Source: Phoronis australis
Taxonomy: Eukaryota > Animalia > Phoronida
Direction of reading: 5' to 3'
Assembly: GCA_002633005.1 (NCBI GenBank)
Contig: NMRA01000024.1
Span: forward strand, 893,786 to 957,785
DNA length: 64,000 bases
Shown here: in pieces, positions 1-13,722 of the stretch
Layout: each line of letters opens with the position of its first letter
Position numbering within the stretch: the first letter of the stretch is position 1
The notes under the pieces: generated by a model
Databases searched by the model: none
The model's input: only the letters and a program-made list of their open reading frames with translations
Told to the model about the DNA's origin: nothing
Program-made: the position numbers and the translations under genes

Positions 1-188
1 GGTATTAACAGTGAACTATTCATTCTTTCCTGTCGCAACCCACATACCCACTTCCGAAGTATTTCGGGTTCTCCAGGAAATCGCTTTCCTCGCAGCTTCA
101 TGGTTCGCACAAGCAGGAACGATACACCACACCATAGCGGCACACACTCAGCTGAAGAACTGCAGACCTCGCTGCATTGTGTACTCAC

Positions 189-233
189 CTTCCTCACAGG
201 TTAACACGACACCTCTCGGCGAGGTTCGATCAA
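189..233 (-). CDS. Candidate 45-nt internal exon (VDRTSPRGVVLTCEE-G) of an unidentified minus-strand gene
   Basis: Acceptor ...ccttgtatacag and strong donor AAG|GTGAGT flank an open phase 1-1 exon. No homology recognised. Confidence 0.25.
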
Positions 234-697
234 CTGTATACAAGGTGATGTGGAATGAATATAGACCGGCGGTAACAAAATTAAACCAGTTGGCTTTCTC
301 CTTTAATACTTTTATTCTAGTAAAATCGGTTCCATAATACGGCATAAGCTCACCTACGACTTACCACTTGCTGTCGAATGAGCACGGTAATTTTTTAAAC
401 CCGAAAGCACTTGGGTTAAGGCTTCAACACTAACTGTTAATCACGGTGAAATGCCCCTCTAATGTTAATCTTGAAGTTTCATCACCATAGATTTTTTTAC
501 GTTTTCATGGCTCCTTTGTGGTCATAATCGCCCAGCTGCAGTGTTGACCTTCCAGGCTAATTGCACAATTGACCTATCGCAAGCTCTGCCCCCTTGCGAA
601 AAGTCGACAAACAAACAATAAAGTTTACCCGACAATGTGTTGTTTGTCTGGTAAAATGGCAGCTTGGAAACGAAGGTGTGTCAAGAAGGCTTTATGC

Positions 698-1235
698 TTT
701 ATTTATTTATTTATTGTGATATTTAAAATGAGGGTGGCCTCTTCAATGATAGCATTGCTTTCCAAGAGGGCCCCCAACAACAAAATATAAAACAGTAATA
801 TAATACAATAAAGTAATAAAACAATAATCAAATACACGTAACAGAGATACACTTAAAACAGGTTGAGAATTAAGATAATAAATTAATGACGAAGGATGCT
901 AAAAATTGGATTAAGAGAGAAGAAATAAAGAGATGATACTGAATAGTGAGAATATTTACAAAAATGAAAAATGACATAATTAAGACAGGTAGGGTGTAAA
1001 ATGGTTCGGCAAATTACGGCCACTTTTTAATAATAAGTTTGAAAGTATTAATTGAATCAGACCTTTTAATTTCTGGGCTAAGAGTGTTCCGTATTGCAGC
1101 AGCAGCATAAAAGTTCTCTTGCCGGTCTCGTTTTTCATTTTTTTAAAAGAAACATTACCGGCAACAGAAGAACGTGTAGAGTATACAGCCTGGCCGTTGC
1201 TGAATTTTCGGCTGAGATATACTGGAGCCATAGCG
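698..1235 (-). mobile_element. 5'-truncated L2/CR1-group LINE remnant (ORF2 C-terminus, 3' UTR, (ATAA)n tail)
   Basis: Minus-strand translation APVYLSRKFS...YSTRSS...ETGKRTF continues after a frameshift as YAAAAIRNTLSPEIKRSDSINTFKLIIKKW, the typical L2/CR1 ORF2 end. (TTTA)n at 698-715. Confidence 0.75.
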
Positions 1236-1646
1236 ATAGGTCAGCTGTTAGAGCATGACAACAGACCAACAGAGTACTCAGTGCATTGACAGTTCAAGAA
1301 AAGAAGCCAATTTATTTAATTCGAATTTAGATAAACCTTTCATACAAACTCCGGTAGTAGGGAAGTATCGATACAAACTGCCACGTGACTCCAGGCTTTG
1401 GTGCGTAGTTCACAGACACCAAAATTATGGTAACGCTGTTTGATGTGTGATCAGTCATCAAAGTTATGCGACACGTCAAAAACATTATTAAAAATAAATT
1501 TTTTTAAAATTTGAAATATCACATACATGGACATGAAGTGCTTATAGTGGCAGAAAAGATTATTTGACAAAAAATTTGCAATACCACAGCTAATACACTT
1601 ATTGACAGCAACAACAGACCTAACTTTTATGACATCAAAGTTATTT

Positions 1647-1716
1647 GTTCATGCCACATCGTTCATGCCACATCGTTCATGCCACATCGTTCATGTCACA
1701 TCGTTCAAGCCACATC
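1647..1716. repeat. 14-bp minisatellite, 5 copies
   Basis: GTTCATGCCACATC x3 perfect, then two copies with one mismatch each. Confidence 0.95.
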
Positions 1717-2615
1717 GAAGAATCGATGCTCCACTGTCAAATCTACCTATTTACAGCGCCATTAACTTTTAGTCTACGACCAATAGAAACCGTTCATAGC
1801 GATCGACACTCACAAAACATCGACGCGTTGACGTTGGTAAAAATACAGCAAAAAAACACAATTTTTAACGTGAAAAATAATCCAATCATGAATTTTTTTA
1901 AAATTAGTAAGCGAAAAGTCAATGTTAATTATTCATTATTCATCAACAGTAAGTGAATGAGGGGATTGAGCGATGTCAATGATCTTAACAATTCTTGGTA
2001 ACAAAAATGTACATAATATTCACTTGTAAGGAAATGTACTACACTCAATCTGTCAAAGTAAATTCACTCTTAAAAATCAATTTTCTCCAAGAATATTTGC
2101 AGAGATGAACCCAATCCTCGCCTGCGGTAAGCAAGGTTTAATGCACGGCACCTAATTGAAACTAAAAGCGTTTTAATGTAGGGACATTCGTCTTACTGGA
2201 TGATTATTGATTTTCAAAGACATAAATCTATGGTGCTTCGTGCTAATCACAATCAAGTGTCTTGTTGGTCTTCAAATCCAATTACGTAAGTCAACTTCCT
2301 CTAAAATCACAAAACAGTTCACTACCACCTCACTGTTGAAACTAAGCAACACATGCAGTCTGAGACAGTAATGATATAAACAGAATGTTAAATTTTTTGA
2401 TACCTATAAGTTTTTTACAATTTAAAGATGAAAATGTGTATTTAGTTGGCTGCAAATATCAAATTCTATTACAATGACTGCTAATATATGGATGTCAAAC
2501 TCTGGTTTTAAAGAACACTTAAAAGATACAAAGTAAAATCAAAAAGATGCAAAGTGACCCAATCCTCCTAGACTTTGGCAGAAATGTAAAGTGAAGATAC
2601 AAAGAGGATACTACG

Positions 2616-2629
2616 GTTGCCATGGAAAC
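2616..2629. promoter_or_regulatory. RFX X-box motif match
   Basis: GTTGCCATGGAAAC matches the X-box consensus. Function untested. Confidence 0.35.
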
Positions 2630-4919
2630 TAGCACCACCAATGGAGGCAGGTCATAGCCATCTGTGCTGACCTCTATTGCGGAATGAAAAACAGAACAGT
2701 TGTGTAGGGTGTGCCATCCATCATCAGCGCATGTCTCACCCTGGCTGAGTGAGCATGACTGAGTGTAATCCACTAAACTGATTCACATGACCTATATCAA
2801 ATATCTTTTGTGCATGAATAATTGAAAAGCTGGTTGACTGAAAGTAAACTTAAGGCTTCCCACTGACCAAAACTGGTGACCCTACAGTTACAAACATGCA
2901 CTGCAGGAGGGAAGGGAAACTGCAACCATTCACTGATGAAGTGTCCTAATTCAGAGCCATTGTCTTTTCCAAAATTTCAGGTAGTAGGCTACACATGAGG
3001 CTAAATCTTCCCTGCGGCTATTCTTTATGGTCATTATTAAGTCGTTACTGGCCTATATATTTACTATGTGGGAACTTATTGACAAGTCAGTATTTAGACT
3101 ATATCTAAAAAAGTACACACTTTAACCCAGTGTAAGTATATGTTTTCTGAAAGCCCAAAGCCTGCAGAATTTTATATGTGACTGTCAGTAAATGGGTCAT
3201 GTAATTATGTCTCTTTAGAAAAAAATATTAAAGAGAAAGGTACAAACACAGGAAAACAACAGTACTAAAATTACATGTCTGACTAAATTTTGTTTAATAT
3301 TTATTTAATGCTCACAATGAAATCTCACAAATCCTGTTCAACTTTCATTTATTTTCGTTTCATGCAGCTTTTGAGTTTTTTCATGAAATCGTGACACTCC
3401 AATTTTTGAGAGCCCATCGTGCAAAAGTGGAACATTTTAAAAACCATTCCTAACACTACTTTGGAGAACAGTGCGTAAACCACAGTATGAGTTTCATATG
3501 AATCTGATCAGCTATTTCCGAAATCTATATGATATTCCGAAGTTAGCTTCATTCAAAATTTGTCTAGGATCCTAAATAACCCAAAATTTGATGTCACTAC
3601 AGGATCTGATCAAGAACACTTGACCTACCGTAATAATGTTGTTGAGTCAAAAATATTAGACATTATCTGTAATGCCCCAGATTGCTGTAGTTCTAGAAAA
3701 TACTATACTCAGCTGTTTTAAAGCGGAAATTGCGGATTAATTCCTCATCACTGTCATTGTTTGGCCACATTTGTTAAAAACACAACACAGTGACGATGTG
3801 AATATGAAGCAGGTAGAAAATTGCCAAATGTTTTTAAGAACGAGTTTTGTGGCGAAAATGATCCGTCGCAAATCACTGGACCGTGCCCCAGCAAGTATGA
3901 TGACGTGGTGCTCGGGAATAGCAATGAATGACGCAGGCTATGTGAGCCCGCGAGGTACGTCATTAGTGTAAGGGTCACCTAGTTGCAGAATTTTTTGTTT
4001 TCACATTTACAAATTGTCAGTGAATACAACTGCACTTTGTTTAGCATAGATCGTGTTAAAATAACATAGTGGTTTAGTTCCTGTTATACATTAGCATGGC
4101 TAGGAGCATGCAAATACATCTTTTAAGTAAATAAGGCACCCTAACTTATAACACATCTGGTGCAACCAGGACCTCCACTTACTCAAGGCTCTACATGCAG
4201 CAAGTAAACGCTTCGAAAATACGAATGAAAAAGGTAACGTAAAAAATTGAGATCACTCATACAAGCGCCAAGTGGACGTTCGGCACATTTTCTTTTTTCT
4301 TTCTCGCCACTTTTTACAAGCCCAAATCCAGAAATATGAGTTGCCTGTATCAAGCGCTGTTAGTGAATCGTTTTGATATAAGATCATTAGGTAAACTACA
4401 GAAGACTTAAGAACCAACCTCGACACGTGCAGCTAGCCCCGTTGGTTTGCACATGTCAACTTTACATAGTTTCCTGTTGTGAACATGGAGGCAGAATGAC
4501 GCTGAGCGTGAAATTCGTCTCTGGCTCATGTTACAAACCAACCTAACTGTGCTGAAATATTAATGCTATCTATTTGCTGTTTCTGTTGGATGTATCTGTC
4601 TTTATAATAAACGCATTAAGGATTTGGTTTTGAAGCTTCGAAATTGGCCCAGCATTTGTAAGCTTGCAACTTGTGCGAGCTCAGCACATTTATAAAAACA
4701 TGGTTCGCGAAAAACAATATGAATCTGCGGCCGCCAGTCTAATTGATGACTTGAGTGGAGTCATTAGAGCACAACCTGGCTGGTGATGACTCATGTTTGC
4801 CCACTACTCACTATGAGTTTCGATATTTTCGCCTAAAGATAACAATGATAATACATGAGAAAGGTAAAGATCTGTTTTAAAAGGCCACTGGCTACCTTCG
4901 TTACCGAGGGTCACATTTC

Positions 4920-5480
4920 ATTTACCGTGGTAGTATCTTCTGAAATATTGATTGTCAACATGTAAACCATATATTTTTCGAATCCTTGACAATCAGGGAA
5001 GTCAATAATGAGAATGAAAGTGTTACTCATATGTTTGAAATCACGTGACCATGTTTTTTCGTGCAAAATCACAATTTTCCATGGAGACTGCCATAACTTC
5101 CACAGGTCTCACTTTTTCCTAAGAGGGTAGTAAATTCTGTTTATTTGATCTATTAGCTACAAAACAGTATCTGGGATTTTTTAAGGCCATCAGTTCCAAG
5201 AAATCGGCTGTCAAAAATTGAGACCTAAGAGCTTTTCACGGAAAGTCGAGGTCTTGGTTTTTGAGAGCCAAGATCTCCGGCTCAAAGGCCTTTAAAGAAT
5301 CCCAGACACTGTTAAGTAGCTAATATAGACATTCATCAAATCTAACCTCCTACCATAGCTACTACTAGACAATGTTTTGATAAAATGTGGACCTTCACAG
5401 TAATGGTAAAAAAGCATTTGAAAAATGAAAAAATAAAGTTCGACAATTATTTTTATCCGAAATAGGTGGATATCACCGTA
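4920..5480. mobile_element. Non-autonomous DNA transposon remnant with an internal inverted repeat
   Basis: Inverted arms of ~40 bp at ~5150-5188 and ~5287-5328. The right end TCCGAAATAGGTGGATATCACCGTA resembles the right TIR of the element at 61500-61723. Left boundary uncertain. Confidence 0.5.
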
Positions 5481-8400
5481 CTTTGGGAGCTACCAGCAAG
5501 GATGCATCAGAATATAAGCCGCCAATGGTCCAAATGGCTAAATACACTTCAATGTAACCAAATGCATGAGTGTACTGTTGGGAATTGGGATCTGTATTTT
5601 CACAATATTCTCTACTCCATGTCGCTAACATTGTCGATTTGGTCACCGATATTTAGATCAGCAGCTCTGCATTGCAGTTGTGTTGGAATCTAAATGCAAT
5701 AGGTATTCTTGAAGACAAACACTTACAGGGCTCCCCGGATTTTGAGGGCCAGTTTGATACCAGTTATACAGTGAAAAAAAGATTCCTCAAAATGCAGGAT
5801 CCCAGGAAGAGACTATTACCATGGTACATCAATGAATAATCTTCATGCGTCAACGACTTATGCTCCTAAAATTTTACCTGCTCATGCAATGCTATTGCAA
5901 CCATATGTCTGGCCATGAAGGAGAAAAGTTCAGGCCCTCCAAACATCATGAAAGAATTCCAAACATAGTGCGAAATGTTTAGTAAAACGCTCTGTTCACC
6001 ATCACATCAGCACCATGAAACTGAAGGGGGCGCCACTTTTCGAGTTTAGATCTCTGGAATCAGCAACAAACTGTGGTGCTTAGCAAGTCCGAGCCGGGGC
6101 TATCCAAATTTGTCATTTGTAAGTACCATGAGGTGGGATACATACCCGTAGCTGAAATCCCGAGTCCATTAGTGGGAAGAAAATAAATTACCACAGACAT
6201 ATGAAATGACATGACATTTTGCATAAAGTGATAAGATAGCTTTGCAACTTTAGCAGTGCATTCGCATTTCAGAAAGCTCTCTGAGGTTATCCGATAATCC
6301 AGCTATAACCTGATAACATTTCCAAAGACATTAATCTTCGACGAAAATTGATTCTGCCTCTACTTAATGCCAATCGAGCGAGTGCCATTTTCTTTGAGCT
6401 AATCGCTATAATCAGATTTTACGAATAGGAACCGATCAGAAAGAACTCAATTGGTGGAAAAATGATATTAGTGCCTTTTTATCAATTTTCATCAAGAGTC
6501 TCTTGAGGAATCAGTGCCTGTAGAGTCAATACTTTGGTGAGAGAGAAAAGCTCACAATAGCAGGCCCTCAGGCCTGTCCATGATGTAATACCAACTGGGG
6601 ATACATACAAGAACCATCAATGAACAACATGTGAATAGGCAGTGATTTCAACTAGCCCATTTCTGAGTGATTGTGAGAGAACATTGTTCACAGTGAATAG
6701 AAATTGTCATTCCAGGAGAACATCACTCAGCTTTCCTGGGGCTATTAAAGTGGCCTTGAAATTAGGTTAACAGAGAGTGTACCTCAGAAACACATCTAGG
6801 TTAACCAATTAAGGTAAATCAGTATGTGTCAAAGAAAGAGGCAACTTTGCTGTCCTGGATGAGTCACATTAAGAGATGGGTGTTTTAGGTTCGACTCTCG
6901 ATAGGCACGATAGCTAGGCCATTATTGGTGCCATCAACAAAAGACATGCCACTTTATATTCAAACCTAAACATATTGAGAACAGAAAACTGTTGCATCTC
7001 CATCAACGATTTGTGAGACAAGGGTCCTATGTGGGTGCAAGTGGGTACATGTAGGAAAAGGGTCCCATTTGGGTACAGTGGGCCGTTTTCCACTGGTTTT
7101 GCCCGACCCATTTCAATCTTCTCTTTGCTAGCTAAATGCAAGAGCATGTTACCATACCTCAAGTTTTCAGAGGATTCAAGTACAATATGTTGACAACAGC
7201 ACAGGCTTGACGAGATACGAGATACGGTATGTTTTGTTTCCTAACCCAACGAGCATGCATCACCAAGGCAACTTCCCATGTCTAGCGTAAATACAGCGAA
7301 AGCTGATTCCCGTACATTAGCTGGTACCTGCACAAAACACGGGTTCCAACTAGCATCAACTAGGATACAAACAATGTGACACACGCAGTTGGGTATTCAG
7401 TATTCTCCATCAGGACAAAAATTCAAAACATGAAATGTTCTCACATATTGACCTTCCCTTCCTGTTAATTTACCAAAGATGACCATCGTTTGTTGCTGGG
7501 CATGTCACTGTCATTTTTATTGCTAAGTAAATAAAAAATATGCCCCTTTGGAATAAAATCGTTTCGCAGAAAAAACACTTGGGCTTTTCAAACTTGGCTC
7601 AGGATTTTAAGCATGGCTCAGAGCATTTCAAACATGGTGTAGCGCTATATTTGAATACATGTTGTGAGCACTGCGGTACTGTAACCTCACTTCAATTTCC
7701 CAAACAATGACAGCAATTCTTTTCATTTCCTGAACGCTCACTCAGTGTTCTCCACAACAGGAAATTCAAACTAGACTAGAATTACAAAATTCATGTACGT
7801 GTTCGAAAGTCCATGTCCATACTGTGTGAGTTTGTATTTTAAGTACAGGAATAAATGCACTGACATGCCACCAAAAATCCAAAATGTTTAAATTTGCTTA
7901 AGAAATGACAGATCTACCATACTGCAAACTTGTTGTATAGGCTTTCAAACTCGAAAGTAAGCCAAACTCGTGACAAAATTCAAACTCAACGCAGTGACGA
8001 GTCAAAACAGGTTGTGGAGAACACTGGTCACTGTATAAAATTCTCAAGTTGTTCAGTTCAAATTGCCCTCAATGGTGAAGTTTTATGTTCTTCAGCATGC
8101 TCGATTTTGTTTGGAAATTTCACACAATTAAATCTTACATTTCAAACACACTGGGCTAAACAGATGAGCTTTTACATACCAAAAATAAATACTCCCCCAG
8201 TCTTATGAATCAACAGTGGTGCATGTACCCTATTTAAATACAGATTTTAACAAAGAGGATAATCTCCTCAGGTGTTTGCTTAGCCATCATTGCACTGGAT
8301 ACAACCAGGTATGGCATATACCTGTGATTAAGATGATAATCAACTGTTATCACTTGCCAAACATCTCTCACAGGATGATAATATGTTTATCTACTGATAT

Positions 8401-8779
8401 ATGTTGACAATAATGTCCAACCAGCTTGACTTAATCATATGTGAATGGTCAATTTTTTTGCTCCAACAAAGAAGAGGAGTTTAGGTAAACTGAAAATTTT
8501 CTGGATGATTGAGTCTTGTGAGCATTCCAATGAGATGAAGTAAGGGATTGGATACAAAAATGTTATCTAAACTCAATTGATGGCACTGTTTCCCCGTGAC
8601 AAAGATCCTGTAGATTGCGGTCTGACTGGGTTAGTCTATGCTAGAGCCCAAAATGAGTGGATCAGTTTAGAAATGCTGGTTATGAAATCCCTGGGATATT
8701 ACAATGCACTATGGAAAAATTTCTTCAAAATTAGAATAGTAAAATAAAAATGTGATTATACCAAAAATTTCAACAATAG

Positions 8780-9180
8780 TAAATAAGAAGATAAAAAACG
8801 AGACTTGAAAATTTAAAAAAACAGCCACTAGATGGCACAGAATCATCAAAGATATCCAAAAATGTAAAGGCATTGTCGCCTTCATAATAGAAACCTATTT
8901 TCTAAATTTCATGAAAATCCATCCAATCCAAGAATTACAAAGATACAGAGGCAACTATAAAAAACTAAAATTGCCACTAGGGGGCAAAGCGATAGTCGTA
9001 TCGGTCCGAAAGTTGTTATCTGTCTGCCGTCAGCTTCATAATTACACATCTGGCAAACCTTATTAAGATCCTGCAAGCGCTTTAGGAGATACAGCTGCGG
9101 ACAGCGGACGCTGGACAACGGACGCCCAGAAATGATGGCACTATGCGTCCACATAAAAATATGTGGGCGCATAAAAATGA
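8780..9180 (+). mobile_element. Helentron/DINE-1-like non-autonomous element remnant
   Basis: GGAC-type short repeats (9098-9125), then hairpin TATGCGTCCACATA-AAAA-TATGTGGGCGCATA (9142-9173) and an A-run, which is the usual terminal layout. Left boundary approximate. Confidence 0.55.
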
Positions 9181-12100
9181 AAATTTTGGCCATTGTTATT
9201 ATTCGAATTTGACCCAACTTTACTGTATCAAGTACTTTAATCTATGAACGGCATAGGGTCCATGTTGCCAGGTATAGGCAATAAAAGAAAATGGTTTATG
9301 ATAGAGGTGGATAACACCCCATGAACCACCAACTTCTAAGACTACAACTTGATATTCAACTTCAAACTGATTTTATATTTTCTAACTTAAAAGTCATGTC
9401 TAATATGTTACTCATTTTCTTCTATCATACCAAATACAAACATTTACTTTTAAATTAGAACCCATCTGCTCACTGACTAAGTAATATAAGCAGCTGCTTA
9501 TACCATAGAGACAAGGAGAGAGAACCATGATTGCAGACCCACTAATGTTAGTATGAGGTGAACAAAGGGTAATAGTCAAACATAAGGCACTTGCATTTTG
9601 AGAACCAGTTTTCTCCACTGAATAACGAGCATCAAACTGGTTCTAAAAATACGGGCACATTATATCCGACTGTTGCCGAAGTCTGTCACGAAAGCCTAAC
9701 CCCAAGCTCTATCTGGCTTCGGGTCCCTGCGATCAGGTGAGTCCTACTTCATTCACTTCATTGATTGCCTCTGAGGAGGTATGTATGTGTTATTAATAAG
9801 AATTTCATGGCGGAGCCTATCATTATTAATTTATATTAATCAGATATCTTCGTGTCAAAATCAAAAGTTCACTGGTGTCAGGTCAACTCCTGTCTTCAGG
9901 CATCCTCATGCAGATGAACTCTGAATTTTCCTAACAATTGAAGCTGAACAGAAACAATAAATATGTGATGAGTTTGCTATGACTACCCATAGCCCTAAGC
10001 TAAATAAACCAACACAGAAACAAGAGGTGCTGTGTAGGCTAATGTACATTCCATCACAATATTTAGGCCCACCCCATACTTGCCATTTCAATGTCATAAA
10101 TCATTGAACAGATGCAAGAGCAAGTGACAATAAAACTACAGCCAGGTCACCATGACCCATTGTCTCCTGCTGAGCAGACTCTGAAACTGGAAAAGAAAGA
10201 AGTGAAGGTTGGACATCAGGGTCACCATTACTTTTTGTGCTCTTAACCTATTAATTAGTGGGCCTCGTAATTAATGGACCAAGTAATTAGTGTCACTTTT
10301 ACTTGGCAACCATGACGCTGCTTTGGCTGGCGACGTGTTATTGCCTGCAACAATGAACTATATGCTCAGTTAAACTGTTCCTGGATTTTTAATGGAAACA
10401 GACCTGACATGACATTTCATTAGTTAATAGAAACAGCAAATTTGGCATCCTACACAAAGACCATAACCAATTTTATGCCATCGTATAACTGCAATACCAC
10501 AAAAAGGTTGATCTTTATTTCCACTCTTTCACCTTCTTGATGAACCAGCCTACACATATCGGTGATACGGCGTGTCCATTTTATGTCCCAGAAGTCTCTC
10601 AAACTGCGTCACAGCAATTTTGAGTTATGAAGCAAGTGAAATTTGTTTGGGATTGGTGAATCATACCATCTACCCACTATCAAAGCGCCACCTCTGGAGG
10701 AGAGTGGAGGTTACTGACACACAGAAATTCATGTGTTGGCATCTGCGTGTATGCCTTGGTTTGGACGTTTGTCGAGGGGAAAGTTGCCTGTACATGTGAT
10801 TTCTTAAAGAGGAATTTTTTCGGGCCAGCTTAAAATCACCCCTCCCCCAATGGTCATCAGCAATGTCAGGGACTGTGTGAGTTTTAAGTGATTCTAAACT
10901 AGACGGGAATTTTTTAATCATTGGGAGATGAATTTTTGGGCCTGGTGTGGAGAATTTCACGTGATTTATAAAAAATTTGAAAGGGGAACGAGGCTGATAC
11001 TATCCAGTGCCCTGGTACAGTGAATTGTTTTGTAGTTTTATTTGATCAGATGGCTTGTTATTTTGAGCATTGTCACAGAACACAAACTTGCATGGAATGC
11101 ATCGATTTCATTAATTAATAATTAAAGTTGAACAGGAAATCACTTGAGCTACCTGGATAAATCCGGTGCAAAAGGTATGTCGATGTAATCTGCGAAGTTA
11201 CCTCCATCTTTGACCTGTTAGATTCGGTACTTAAGCAACATTGAAATTACTACCAGGATCAGTGAATTAAGTGAGTGCAAGTACGAAGAATAGAGTACAT
11301 ATTTTGGTAATAACTGAAATGAAATGCTTACTGTAGCCGAATAGCAAATCTTTTAACAATTTACACTGCAACACGTGCCACTGCTGAGAGCAACATCTGC
11401 TGAAAACTTCGACGACACAGAAACTAAATGTTCCCATTGAGCTGACGCACAATGAAGTTAAATCCACCAGTTTACATTTTAACTATTGTCCAAGCGCTGA
11501 CTTAAGTGTTTCCAAGGACTGACGTTACTCTAAATATCAATGCACTGATGTTTGGGGGAAATGGTCTTTAGATTTAGAACATTCAATAATTTCCAGCAAG
11601 CAAATGGCCGTCATCGCTTTGGACACAAATTTCTGACATACTGTAGCATTAATTTACAGTCAATTTGCTCAGAATCAGGAATAACACTTGCAAAGCATGA
11701 CCACAAGGTCTACAAAAGTGCCCTTCCCCCCGATGAACGTTGTCAGGTTGACACAGAATCAATGACAAAAGTTAACCCAAGAAAAAATTTTAACAGAATC
11801 CAATATCGATTGTCATAAAATAATCGTAAAAACAAGATCTATGCCATCAAACATTTAATACCCTACTGTATCAAACATTACAACTATCTAATTTAAAATC
11901 AAAATACATCTTTCTTTGAGTAAACATGAACACATCCTAGTCAACAACTAATAGATTTCCTCCGGGATGTTTCATTTTTCTACGCTAAATGCTTGATACA
12001 CACTATCTGTTTTTTGAATAAACAGTTCACCTATACACTGCCTGTCCAACCGTAAGCTTTAATAAGTGGCAAGGTATTGATTATTTTCACATGAACATGC

Positions 12101-13206
12101 GATTTTACCAAAAGAATCATTTTAGGCATTTTATCATAGCCTAACTGTCTTTCAGAGCCAGTTGTTCTACCAACTTTTTAAGGCTTTCTTAGAGTTCCCT
12201 ACTCCACAATCAGCAGAAACACTATTCGTCAGGTATTGGGTATTGTATCAGATGGTCGAGTCTATTTGACTTGGGCCTACATGTAAACATTACTTAACAG
12301 TAGTAGGAGAACAACTGCTCTGCATTAACAGTTCTGGTTGTATTTATTGATTGCCAGTTGCACCTGTCTGTAGCCCAGGTAAATCTCCTGATAGCAATGG
12401 CACTGATTGTATTTACAGCTTACTAGCGAACTGAACACTGTCCTCCTAAGGAGAGGCCCAAAATGTCAAAGTAAAAACTGAATCCTTGATGTTTCAGATC
12501 AGGATATCAATTCTGAAATACATTTAAATGAAACTAGAAATCTAATTTTTAACACTACAAGTTCAGAACTGTTCTACTTTCAAGATGGTTACAGTGATTC
12601 AAAACGGGTTTTCCGTTTGTCAATTTTCAAAAATTGTATTGCATTATAATTACTTTTCAGATTAGGCATTGTGTATTGTGGCACCTTATGCCAAAATGGA
12701 ATCCTTTATACATTACATCTCATTGTAGCATCCCTTTTACAAAAATATATACAATGAAAGTTTCAGTCAACTGTAAAAGATGTGAGCTATCCTATAGTTT
12801 ATGGTCCAAATTCTATAGTTTATGGTCCAAATTCTATATCTAGACTCAGCTATAACGAAAAGTAAACGGGACCTAAGCTATTTTTTAACATTCTTGATCC
12901 TTAAGCCATGACTACTATTAGTACACCATAACCACAGAGCTTGACTATATATCACTGACATTATCTAAAGTTCAATAGAGTCATAAAAGCTGCAGCTTCA
13001 TATATTATGCATGGCACTGAGACCTCTTATCCATCAGTATTGCTCTACCACTAATGAATACTTGTTAGCTCACCTGTAATGTATTACAGGTAAGTCTTTA
13101 AAACAAACACTCAGACGAGTTTCACATCACAAGTGAAACAAAGCAGGGTGGAAGCACACAGTTTCACCATCAAAATTGCTAACTACAACACCACTGCGAA
13201 ACTCAC

Positions 13207-13401
13207 CTTCAAGTTCGATGACAAGCTCCCTTGATTTTCTTTGTTTTCTGTATCAGTCTCAACAGATCCATTCAAAAGCGCCGCGTTGACATTCAATACC
13301 AAACAGTTGTTCTTTGTTATAACATGTTTTTGTTCCGCACACATTGCCAAATTATCGTCCACGACCATACCATGTGTCGGAGCGGGACTTTCCATGGTCA
13401 T
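13207..13401 (-). CDS. Candidate first coding exon of a minus-strand gene divergent from HS3ST
   Basis: ATG at 13401 opens 65 codons (MTMESPAPTHG...QGSLSSNLK) ending at a consensus donor AAG|GTGAGT, phase 0. No domain recognised and the next exon was not found. Confidence 0.4.
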
Positions 13402-13708
13402 TCTACAGCCGTACAGGTAATTCAATGTTTTCAATCCAATCAAAGTCAATATTCAAATAACCATCCGAAATCTGATGATGAAGTCTAATAGCTTATTACC
13501 GTTAACACCAGGTAGGAACTTTCAGAAGGCCAGGTGTGACTCTTTTATAGTCTAGTATTTCGCATGACACAAGCGCTGTGTACAAGAAACACGCAACAAC
13601 TCGGCAGTGAATGAAAACAAACTGACCGCACTGTACCACCTATAAAATAATAACTCGTAGACACGCGCTGGTATTCAAACAACCCCGGATGACACCGCAC
13701 TCTAATCT

Positions 13709-13722
13709 GCGCCATCTGCTGG
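13709..13722 (-). promoter_or_regulatory. CTCF core motif match
   Basis: Minus strand reads CCAGCAGATGGCGC, a full match to the CTCF core. Confidence 0.45.

Noticed and set aside
148-345. C1q/TNF-like reading of FNFVTAGLYSFH in the minus ORF
   Set aside because: Only a short resemblance with an in-frame stop just upstream; most of it looks like intron before a 45-nt exon.
12794-12838. Small local duplications (21 bp here; also ~51408-51440, ~56139-56190, ~61600-61643)
   Set aside because: Ordinary slippage duplications with no sign of function.
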